Shown in pieces: positions 9,026-17,160 of a stretch of 42,405 bases of DNA. Origin of the DNA: Gammaproteobacteria bacterium (GTDB lineage Bacteria > Pseudomonadota > Gammaproteobacteria > Steroidobacterales > XN24); contig JBATKC010000097.1 in NCBI GenBank assembly GCA_049669065.1, positions 1-42,405 on the forward strand. Direction: 5' to 3'. The position numbers were made by a program, and so were the translations under genes. The first letter of the stretch is position 1. The number at the start of each line of letters is the position of its first letter. The notes beneath the pieces were generated by a model. It did not search any database. It worked only from the letters and a program-made list of their open reading frames with translations, and was not told where the DNA came from.

Positions 9026-11266
9026 TTGCCAACGCCAACAGACGGACTACTCATGACGCGTGCACGGACACAGATCGCTAACAGCATCCGCCCGGCGGCG
9101 GGCGGGTTCCGCGGTCGCCAGCGTGATCTACCTACTTTTTACTACCGGCGGCACTTTCTGGAGCTGCTGGATTTCGTCTCAGCCCATTACGGGCACGTCC
9201 TCTCGACAGAGGAGCACGGGCTGATCGACGCGTTCGGACAGCTGGATCACAATGCCCAGTGCCTCTATGTACGGCTGGTCAATCGCAAGGGTCGGATCTT
9301 CGCCACCAACAAACTCAGATATCCGGAGATCGGAGACCTCGAGCGGCCGCTGGTGGAGCTAAGGTCCGCAGCCTGGGTCGGGTCGCCGGGACCCGGGCTT
9401 TTCGAGGACCTGCTCGCATCATTGACCAAATCCGAGATCTACACCGCTGTCGCACCATCTTTCCCGGGACTCAGCCGATCGCTCAAGAAAGCGGAATTGA
9501 TCAACTTCGTGCATCAGCACTGCGACCCGTCGGCGTTCATGTCCAGCGTCGACCGCAGCCGGCTGCTGGTCCAGCGGCGGGTGGATTGGGTGCGTTTTCT
9601 TCTGTTTCTGTATTTTGGGGAGTGCCGCGACGGGCTGTCTCGTTTCACCATGCGTGATATGGGTCTGGTCCGCACCCATGCATTTACGGACGCCTATGAG
9701 GCACGCTTCTCGGACCGTGAAGAAGCACTGCAGACCTACTATTTCGCCAGCCGCATCAGGATCTTCGACCACGGCACAGAGCGCGAGCGTGAAAGGCTGA
9801 CTGACGAAGTGCCGACGTGGCCGGAGCCCGTTTTCGAGGCCGCCGCGCGGCTGCGCGATCGGCTCGCCTACACCGTGGGACGCGAGCAGGAAAAAGCCGG
9901 CGCGGCCGATGCGGCCATGCGCTTCTACGCACGCGGCGACTCGGCCGAATGCAGCGAGCGGATCGCGCGTCTGCTATTGGCGAAGGGACAGCGAGAACAA
10001 GCGCGGCGGCATCTGGAGGCCTGTCTGGACAATCCGCGTAGCGATGAGGAGTGGTTCTTCGCCAACGACCTTTATCAACAGAAGTTCGGTCGCAAGCGCA
10101 CCTCGTCGCTGACCGACGCGCTGCGCGCCGCGGATACAATCGAACTGGACGAGGCCCATAGCGGCAACCCCGAACAGGCGGCGATCTCGCACTTTGAGAG
10201 CTGCGGCCAACGCGCGTTCCGCGCGGAAAATACCTTGTGGCGGTCGCTGTTCGGGTTGTTGTTCTGGGATGAGTTATTCGCCGCGGATTCGACAGTACTG
10301 CATTCGCCATTCGAGGGCTTGCCGTCATCGCTCCGGGACGGTTCGTTTTACGCACTGCATGCATCGATCATCGAAGATAAACTGGCCGATCTGTCGAATG
10401 TCGAAGACACAAAACGGCGCTTGCTCAAAACCAGCACCCGTTACTTCGGCACCGCGAACGGTGTATTCCGCTGGCGCCGATCGATGGCGGAAAAGGTGTT
10501 CGCGTTGCTCGATCATGCCGAAGCGGTCGCAGTCGCCGGCATCCTCAGACGGATGTGTCGTGGGTATCCCGATACCCGCTACGGTTTCCCCGATCTGCTG
10601 GTGATCGACGAAGACGGCGCACGCTTTGTCGAGATCAAGGCGCCGGGCGATCAGCTCCGACGCAATCAGCTGGTGCGCCTGGAGCAGCTGCAGGAGGCGG
10701 GTCTGCGTGCCGGCGTTTTGCGGATCCGCTGGGTATTGGATCCGGAGCAGACCTACGTGGTGGTGGACGTGGAGACCACCGGCGGCAGCGGCGAACAACA
10801 TCGGATTACCGAACTGGCCGCGGTCAAGATGCGCAACGGCAAAGTCGTCGATCGCTTTCAGAGCCTGGTCAATCCGCAACGGCTGATCCCGCCGAAGATC
10901 ACCCGTCTGACCGGCATCACCGACGAAATGGTGGCCGGCGCGCCACAGTTTGCCGATATTGCCGATGAGTTCGCCGCATTCATCGGCGACGCGATCTTCG
11001 TCGCGCACAACGTCAATTTCGACTTCGGTTTCGTGAGCCGGGAGTACGCGCGTCTTGGGCACCGCTTTCGCCACGCAAAGCTCTGCACCTGCTCCTCGAT
11101 GCGCCGGCTCTATCCGGGCCTGCCGTCGTACAGCCTCGGCGCCCTGTGTGCCGAGTTCGATGTGCCGCTCAAGCAGCACCATCGAGCCCTGTGCGATGCG
11201 GAGGCGGCGGCCGATCTGCTGCTGCTGGTCAATGAGAAACGTGCGGAGGCGTTGGCGCGGAGTTGA
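9026..11266 (+). CDS. FAN1-like VRR-NUC (PD-D/ExK) nuclease fused to a C-terminal DnaQ/epsilon-type DEDDh 3'-5' exonuclease domain
   Basis: The N-terminal region (YYRRHFLELLDFV...CLYVRLVNRKGRIFATNKLRYPEI) resembles the FAN1 SAP/TPR region. The VRR-NUC core is GFPDLLVIDEDGARFVEIKAPGDQLRRNQ (about nt 10580-10670). From about nt 10750 the sequence reads YVVVDVETTG...FVAHNVNFDFGF...HRALCDAEA, i.e. ExoI/II/III motifs of the DEDDh type. The start could be TTG 9026 or ATG 9053. Confidence 0.8.
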   Translation: MPTPTDGLLMTRARTQIANSIRPAAGGFRGRQRDLPTFYYRRHFLELLDFVSAHYGHVLSTEEHGLIDAFGQLDHNAQCLYVRLVNRKGRIFATNKLRYPEIGDLERPLVELRSAAWVGSPGPGLFEDLLASLTKSEIYTAVAPSFPGLSRSLKKAELINFVHQHCDPSAFMSSVDRSRLLVQRRVDWVRFLLFLYFGECRDGLSRFTMRDMGLVRTHAFTDAYEARFSDREEALQTYYFASRIRIFDHGTERERERLTDEVPTWPEPVFEAAARLRDRLAYTVGREQEKAGAADAAMRFYARGDSAECSERIARLLLAKGQREQARRHLEACLDNPRSDEEWFFANDLYQQKFGRKRTSSLTDALRAADTIELDEAHSGNPEQAAISHFESCGQRAFRAENTLWRSLFGLLFWDELFAADSTVLHSPFEGLPSSLRDGSFYALHASIIEDKLADLSNVEDTKRRLLKTSTRYFGTANGVFRWRRSMAEKVFALLDHAEAVAVAGILRRMCRGYPDTRYGFPDLLVIDEDGARFVEIKAPGDQLRRNQLVRLEQLQEAGLRAGVLRIRWVLDPEQTYVVVDVETTGGSGEQHRITELAAVKMRNGKVVDRFQSLVNPQRLIPPKITRLTGITDEMVAGAPQFADIADEFAAFIGDAIFVAHNVNFDFGFVSREYARLGHRFRHAKLCTCSSMRRLYPGLPSYSLGALCAEFDVPLKQHHRALCDAEAAADLLLLVNEKRAEALARS

Positions 11267-11295
11267 TCGTCCGGTCCCGCGATAATGTGTCCAAC

Positions 11296-11323
11296 AAAAA
11301 ACCCGCCACTTGGGCGGGTTTTT
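11296..11323. terminator. Bidirectional rho-independent terminator
   Basis: AAAAA-ACCCGCC-ACTTG-GGCGGGT-TTTT lies between the convergent stops at 11266 (+) and 11345 (-). Confidence 0.8.
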
Positions 11324-11344
11324 CTCACTCTGAACCGGTAAGAC

Positions 11345-11890
11345 TCAGACCTGGCGGCGGCGCCTCGTCAGCCCGAATCCGAGCAGGCCGGCACCCAGCA
11401 GCGCCAGGCTTGTGGGTTCCGGCACCTCGTATTCGATCACGAAGCCATCCATCACTGCCCTGTTCTCCATGTCGTCCCAGAGTCCGACGTCGGGCCAGTA
11501 GTGCAGCCAGTGCTGCGTCTCATTCACCCCGTTGTTCGGCTCACCAGGCGCCCAGTTGGTGTAATCCCACTCTTCACCCGTCACCCAGGCCCAGACGCTT
11601 TCGTCAACGTCGGGAAATGGCTGATAACCCCCGAGCCAGTAGCGCTCGCGATTACCAACGCCCTGGTCGTCGACGAGGCCTGCAACGAAGTCGTTTTCCG
11701 CTTCGGAGGTGATCGTGACCAGGTGGCCGCCCATGCCCTCAGCCAGGGTCCGCGCTTCATCCCACGTCAATGAGCCTTCGAAGGTAAAGATGTCGTAGGT
11801 ATTGCCGTTCCCGTCCCAGGTCACCGGCGTGGCGTGGGTCGTCGAAGCAAAGCCGAGTAGAAGAGCGGCGATTGCGATGCGGTAATTCAC
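11345..11890 (-). CDS. Secreted C-type-lectin-domain protein with C-terminal PEP-CTERM sorting signal
   Basis: CTLD-like sequence WDEARTLAEGMGGHLVTITSEAENDFV...YWLGG...WAWVTGEEWDYTNWAPGEPNN...GLWDD. The C-terminus is VPEPTSLALLGAGLLGFGLTRRRRQV (PEP motif, TM helix, Arg cluster). I place the start at GTG 11890, which has GGAG 10 nt upstream and gives the signal peptide NYRIAIAALLLGFASTTHA. The ORF track extends to 11974. Confidence 0.8.
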   Translation of the reverse strand: MNYRIAIAALLLGFASTTHATPVTWDGNGNTYDIFTFEGSLTWDEARTLAEGMGGHLVTITSEAENDFVAGLVDDQGVGNRERYWLGGYQPFPDVDESVWAWVTGEEWDYTNWAPGEPNNGVNETQHWLHYWPDVGLWDDMENRAVMDGFVIEYEVPEPTSLALLGAGLLGFGLTRRRRQV

Positions 11891-12171
11891 AGTGAGGGGT
11901 CTCCACTGATGGCCATTCGGTAATTGAGAAAATTTGTTCAAATAAGACAGAGCAATTTTCGGGCCAAATCTCAACCCTCTGTTTTTAAAGAAGATAATTT
12001 AACTGTTAAACAGCAAGTGTAAACCGCACCGACATTTTCGCCTTGTTTTGGTCAAGTTGTGTAAGAAACCCCAACACAGGGCCAAGCCGCGAGCCCTGGC
12101 CTCCCGGCGTCACGCGGACTTCGGCCGCAGTCATGGCGGACCCATCCCGATATGACTCGGATGACTTGGGG

Positions 12172-12194
12172 AAAAACCGACCAGTATCGGTCGG
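12172..12194 (-). terminator. Rho-independent terminator of TPR paralog 2
   Basis: On the minus strand: CCGACC-GATACT-GGTCGG followed by TTTTT, about 25 nt after the TAG stop at 12217-12219. Confidence 0.7.
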
Positions 12195-12216
12195 CAGCGC
12201 ACGCGAAACGCTCCGG

Positions 12217-14358
12217 CTATGGCGCCAATTCCTCGCCCCGGAGAGCATTGACCCGATTCAGCTGGGCTTCCATATCGGCCTCGATCTCCGTGAGGACGGC
12301 CTGGTAACGCGGATCACCGTGCAAACTGGCCAGGTTGTTATTGCGCTCTGTGCCGATGCGCCAACCCGATCGCCATCCCTCCCCGACTGCCCTTGCCAGC
12401 AGATCCAGCGCAAATTCCCGGTCTCCCATCAGCGCGTGGATTTCCACGTCGCTGATACCGTAGCCGCTGAATCCGAGACGCGGCCGCGTCTGGATTGCGG
12501 AGAGAGCTCCCTGCAACAGGATCTCGGCATGGTCACGCTGGCCAGCCCTGATCAGGACGTTGGCGATTTCGATCGCCCAGCCGAAGTTGGTCGCATCGAT
12601 GACCGGCGCCTCGTTTTCAAAAAGATCAGGCTTCGCCTCACGATATCGCTCCAGGGCTACGGAGATATTTCCGTCCCGGTAGTCCGCATCGCGCAGGATC
12701 AACAGCGATAACCAGTTGTCCGGCGCCATCTCGAGCATGGCATTGGCCGCGTTGACGGCGTCCTCCTGTTCGCCGGTATGTCGGGCCAGATAGATCGCCG
12801 CCCACAAGGATGAATACTGGTTCGGGGCCATATCCATCGCGTGTCGCATCCAGCGCTCGCCGGCCTCGAAGTCACCCAGGTCCAGATAGACCATGCCCAG
12901 CCAGCGGGCGTGGTCAGGATTCCCCGGATCGATGTCGATCGCCTTGTAAAGCCAGTCGACGGCTTCGTCCAGCTGTCCAAAAACTTCCCAGTACAGATCC
13001 GCCATGATGGTGTAGGCGCGTGGATAATCCGGATCGATGTCGATCACGCGCTGGCAACGCTCGCGCACTTCCTCGAATCGCCCGAGCTCATGCAGGTCTT
13101 CCACCACGGCCATGTTGATCGGGGTCGACAGCGGATCCAGCCCCAGCGCGGTCTGGTGTAATTCCAGCGCGGCCTCGACCCGCCCAAAACCCCGCTTCAT
13201 CAACATGCCGTATCCAAGATACGCCGGGGCATAGTTCGGGCTGAGTTGTATGGCGCGCTGGTAGGCGGTTTCGGAGCCGGTAAAGTTGCCCTGCAGCAGG
13301 CGCAGCCCACCCATGCTCGAATACGCTTCCCCGAGTTGACGATCCAGCTCCAGAGCCCGCTCCAGTGCCGGTTCGGCCTGTTTTTGAACCGCCTGTGTGT
13401 CCAGTCCGCCGTAAGAACCCAACAACGCATAGGTATCGGCCAGCCCGACGTAAGCCAGGGCGAAATCCGGATCGAGCTGAATGGCCTCGGCAAAGTGTCC
13501 GGCCGCCTCCTGCAGCGAGCCGCTGGTGCGGCGGGCCATCATCTGGCGGCCAAGCAGATAGGCATCGTAGGCGGCGATATTGTCGGTGGGTCGGCGGCTC
13601 AGCCGGCTTTGCTCTGCGCCCAGCAGTGACACCTTCAGCGATTCGACCACTTTGGTGGCGATCTCGTCCTGGATCGAAAAGACATCATCGATCTGGCGGT
13701 CAAACGTCTGCGACCAGATATGGTATCCATCGCTGGCGTTGATCAGCTGCACGGTGATCCGGATCGTGTCACCTGCTTTCCTGATGCTACCTTCCAGCAC
13801 CGATTTGACCCCGAGCTCGCTCGCGATCTGCCCGATCGCCACATCCTTGCCCTTGAAATAGAACGATGATGTGCGCGCGGCCACGTGGAGATCGGAGATC
13901 TGTGCAAGCCGATGCAACAATTCCTCAGATATGCCGTCGCTGAAGTGTTCCTGAGCGGGATCGCCGCTCATATTGACGAACGGCAACACCGCGATAGAAG
14001 CTTCGGTATCGCGACCCAGCCACCATTTATCGAAAGCGAAAAACCCTACGGCGGCAGTGAGCAACGCGATAACGATAAAGTCCATCCGCCGTCCCGTGAC
14101 ATGGCTTATGGACTCGGACCGATCGACGTCTTTTTCCCGCTTCACACCCCCCGGCGTGATTTCGTAGAACCAGGCCAGCATCAGAGCCAGCGGAAATCCG
14201 CCCGCCAGCACGCCCAACACGACCCGTCCCAGCGACGGATCCAGCCCGGCCAGACCGATCATCACCTCGGCCACCTGCATGATCAGCCAGGCGGTCACCG
14301 CATACAGCGCCGCCATCCGCGGGACATTGCGGCGCCTGAGTTCAAAAAATAGTCGCAT
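12217..14358 (-). CDS. Membrane-anchored TolB_N-like (COG5616-type) domain plus TPR-repeat protein, paralog 2
   Basis: FFELRRRNVPRMAALYAVTAWLIMQVAEV...IAVLPFVNMSGDPAQEHFSDGISEEL...AARTSSFYFKGK...LEGSIRKAGDTIRITVQLINASDGYHIWSQTFDR, followed by many TPR-like repeats. I take the start at ATG 14358 (MRLFFEL), by analogy with paralog 1. The ORF track extends to 14394. Confidence 0.8.
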   Translation of the reverse strand: MRLFFELRRRNVPRMAALYAVTAWLIMQVAEVMIGLAGLDPSLGRVVLGVLAGGFPLALMLAWFYEITPGGVKREKDVDRSESISHVTGRRMDFIVIALLTAAVGFFAFDKWWLGRDTEASIAVLPFVNMSGDPAQEHFSDGISEELLHRLAQISDLHVAARTSSFYFKGKDVAIGQIASELGVKSVLEGSIRKAGDTIRITVQLINASDGYHIWSQTFDRQIDDVFSIQDEIATKVVESLKVSLLGAEQSRLSRRPTDNIAAYDAYLLGRQMMARRTSGSLQEAAGHFAEAIQLDPDFALAYVGLADTYALLGSYGGLDTQAVQKQAEPALERALELDRQLGEAYSSMGGLRLLQGNFTGSETAYQRAIQLSPNYAPAYLGYGMLMKRGFGRVEAALELHQTALGLDPLSTPINMAVVEDLHELGRFEEVRERCQRVIDIDPDYPRAYTIMADLYWEVFGQLDEAVDWLYKAIDIDPGNPDHARWLGMVYLDLGDFEAGERWMRHAMDMAPNQYSSLWAAIYLARHTGEQEDAVNAANAMLEMAPDNWLSLLILRDADYRDGNISVALERYREAKPDLFENEAPVIDATNFGWAIEIANVLIRAGQRDHAEILLQGALSAIQTRPRLGFSGYGISDVEIHALMGDREFALDLLARAVGEGWRSGWRIGTERNNNLASLHGDPRYQAVLTEIEADMEAQLNRVNALRGEELAP

Positions 14359-14467
14359 TGTTAAAGAGTTAGTTGACCACCAACACCAGCGCAAGCCGGC
14401 AGAAGGCCTCAGCCAAGCCTGCCATCCGGGCTAGTATGGCCTTGCACTGTGAAAGAGGGGGAAATCC

Positions 14468-14956
14468 ATGGCCAATCGTTATCTCAAAATAACGCTGGTC
14501 GCGCTGGTCGGCCTGATGGCGCTGCTGTATGCGCTACAGAACCTCGTCAATATCCAGGCAGCGCTTCAGGTCGTCGGCATCGTTCCCGGGATGTCCGGTC
14601 ACGAGTACTATCCGGCCTCGATCGGACCCGCGGTGACGAGCCCGATGCTCGTCTGGCTGGCGTTGACAGTCATTATCGCCACCGAGCTGGCAGCGGGCGG
14701 ATTTGCGCTCAAGGGCGCGTGGGATCTTTGGTCGTGCCGAAAGGCAGCGCCAGCGGGATTCAACGGCGCCAAACAGAACGCCTTGTTGGGTTGCGGTCTG
14801 GGCGTCGTCGTCTGGTTCGGGTTTTTCGGCGCGCTCGGCGGCGCGTACTTTCAGATGTGGCAGACCGAGCTGGGCACCATGTCGATGGACGGCGCATTCC
14901 AGTACTTCGCGTCCTGCGCCTTGATCCTGATCTTCGTGAACATGCCTGATCAATGA
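14468..14956 (+). CDS. Small integral membrane protein (DUF2165-like)
   Basis: 162 aa with 4 hydrophobic helices. The GGAYFQMWQT motif resembles the GGEWFxMWQS motif I associate with DUF2165. GGGGGA RBS-like run upstream. Confidence 0.55.
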   Translation: MANRYLKITLVALVGLMALLYALQNLVNIQAALQVVGIVPGMSGHEYYPASIGPAVTSPMLVWLALTVIIATELAAGGFALKGAWDLWSCRKAAPAGFNGAKQNALLGCGLGVVVWFGFFGALGGAYFQMWQTELGTMSMDGAFQYFASCALILIFVNMPDQ

Positions 14957-14984
14957 GTCAGGCCCGGATAAGACAGCAACAACG

Positions 14985-17138
14985 CTAGAGGAACGGCTCG
15001 GCCCGTTTGATCAGATCGTCAAGCCCGGGTTCATCCGGATCGATCGGCTTGCCCGGGTGGATGATCGAGACCTGACAGCTCTCTGCCGCCTCCACCAGCT
15101 GGGCATAGGTCCCCGCGCCGCGGTCGGCGATGTAGGCCTGACGGTTCTCGTCATAGGCAAACATCTTGTCGTTGATCTGGGTGCATTCGTTGCAGGTCGT
15201 GCAGCGGGGCGTCTCGATATACGCCTCGTCCGGTGACGGTTCTGCGGTGTCCTCGATCGGCGCTGCTTCCGGAGACGCCTCAGGCTGTGCGGATATAGCG
15301 GGCGGTTCTGGCGCCGCGTCGGTCGCCAGTTCCGCTTCCTGTTCACGCTCCCTGCGCGCCGCCTCCAGCAGTCGCTGCGCGTGAGAATTATGGATGCCAC
15401 CGAACTCTTGCAGGCTATGCCAGGCTTCGCGGCACCGGCGCGCCTCGCGGAGCAGTCTTTCATCGACCAGCACATGCTGCAGATTATTTTGCCCGTCGAC
15501 CATCAGAATACAGGGAATCTTCTCGGTCTCGCTGTCATTTTCGGCGGCAAGTGCCTCGCCGACAGAGATCATCTGCTCATCGCGTGCATTCGCCGGCACG
15601 CGGGCGAGGTGCCGGGCGAAACGCTCGTCCAGCGCTGCGAAATCGACAAAGGTAAACGCGATCGCTTCCGTGACGCCGCGCCGTTCCCGATCCTCGTAAG
15701 AAAACAAATGCAGCGGCCAGTCCAGATCCGTCTGTGGATTACCGCTCAGGAAGAAACGCGAAGCGAGATCGGCACCGGCTACAGGGCTAAATGAAAATAT
15801 CGGGAACGCCCGGGATTCGACAGCGGCCGCCGCCAGCAGGTAAGGCGGCAGATTCCCGGCGAAGCCCGATGCCCCGCTGAATACGCTGAAAATGGTGGTC
15901 CCCTGAAATGCGAGCCCTTCGGCAATCCAGTCCCTGCATCGAAGCAGGTGGGAGGCGGGCGCCTGCAACACATAGACCTCATTCAGACCCATCGCCATAT
16001 TGGCGAAGTGCAGCGCGCTACGGCCAAATCCGTGGGGCTCAAGGCCGGGCAGAGCCGCCTGCAGGATATCGTCCGTCTGCACCAGGATCTTCATCGGCAG
16101 ACCCGATGACAGCAGCTCCATCAGCGCGGCCTGCTCATTCGCATCCATGGTCGCCGCGTTGACGCAGACCAGATAATCAGCGAACGGCGCGAGGTCCTCC
16201 GGCGCCAGCCCGTCCGCGCCATACTCCTCGAAGTAGGGGTCATGCCTATCCTCGCGGTAATCGCCGGCAATCTCGAGGTCCGCTATCGCGATGGCTCGCG
16301 CCACATCAACCAGGATGGGGTAGCGCTCGCGCCAGGCGTCGAGCGCGGCCACGCAGCTATCGAAGCGAAATGCCTGCGGCTCGAAATCATAGGTCCCGAG
16401 CGCGCTGAGCAGCCGCTCCAGCCGGCGGCGACGCGTTTCGGTAATCGTCGTCTGGTTTGCGGTGCGGACCAGCAGTGCGGACATGGCCTGGAAGTCGAAA
16501 CTCATCGCATCCGAACCGCCGATAGCGGCCTCCAGCGATTCAGCACTGCGGCCGCGTTCCGAGCGGGCGACATCCGCTTTCAGGATGTCGCTCAGGCGCT
16601 GCACCAGCCTGGCGATCTGATCGCGGAGCCGGGCTGCCTTGTGTTCCTGAGCCACTTGCCAGGCGTGACCCAACAGCCGTGACGGCAGCCGGGTATCACA
16701 GCCAGCGATCACCCCGTCTACATTCAGAGCAGCGCGCGCCCGCTCGAGACTGCCACGCAAATCCGCGTCTTCGTCTGCGCCGATCCGTGCTGCGGCCAGG
16801 TCCCACTGCTTCGACAACACCTCGCCGCCACCACCTGCGGCAGCTCGACGCAGGGCGGTCTCGAGACGCAGTAAATGACGACTCAGACGCTCACCGTCCT
16901 CTCCGTGTGTAATCTGCCGAAGTAGCGTATCGAAAAGCCCGGACAGCGACTGCACGCACTCTGCAGGGCTCGCATGCTCGAGCAATACCAGCGGATAATC
17001 GTGCCGCAGCGAGTCCAGATCGCAGTACCGGCTCAGCAGGGCCGGTATCAGATCCATCCCCTCGACGGGCTCGAGTTCAGCCCCGGGCCGCTTGCCGGTC
17101 AGATAAAAAGCCACCCGGGCCTGGCGCACGGTGTCCAT
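14985..17138 (-). CDS. Uncharacterised 717-aa protein: degenerate PFOR-like central region, Pro/Ala/Glu-rich linker, C-terminal single-cluster ferredoxin domain
   Basis: It starts 22 nt after korB on the same strand. C-terminal module (nt 14988-15215): IETPRCTTCNECTQINDKMFAYDENRQAYI...AESCQVSIIHPG, i.e. CxxCxxC...C of mono-cluster ferredoxins. It is preceded by EQEAELATDAAPEPPAISAQPEASPEAAPIEDTAEPSPDE. I recognised no other cofactor motif. Confidence 0.75.
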   Translation of the reverse strand: MDTVRQARVAFYLTGKRPGAELEPVEGMDLIPALLSRYCDLDSLRHDYPLVLLEHASPAECVQSLSGLFDTLLRQITHGEDGERLSRHLLRLETALRRAAAGGGGEVLSKQWDLAAARIGADEDADLRGSLERARAALNVDGVIAGCDTRLPSRLLGHAWQVAQEHKAARLRDQIARLVQRLSDILKADVARSERGRSAESLEAAIGGSDAMSFDFQAMSALLVRTANQTTITETRRRRLERLLSALGTYDFEPQAFRFDSCVAALDAWRERYPILVDVARAIAIADLEIAGDYREDRHDPYFEEYGADGLAPEDLAPFADYLVCVNAATMDANEQAALMELLSSGLPMKILVQTDDILQAALPGLEPHGFGRSALHFANMAMGLNEVYVLQAPASHLLRCRDWIAEGLAFQGTTIFSVFSGASGFAGNLPPYLLAAAAVESRAFPIFSFSPVAGADLASRFFLSGNPQTDLDWPLHLFSYEDRERRGVTEAIAFTFVDFAALDERFARHLARVPANARDEQMISVGEALAAENDSETEKIPCILMVDGQNNLQHVLVDERLLREARRCREAWHSLQEFGGIHNSHAQRLLEAARREREQEAELATDAAPEPPAISAQPEASPEAAPIEDTAEPSPDEAYIETPRCTTCNECTQINDKMFAYDENRQAYIADRGAGTYAQLVEAAESCQVSIIHPGKPIDPDEPGLDDLIKRAEPFL

Positions 17139-17160
17139 GTTCTATCGCTCCGTTAACCAC

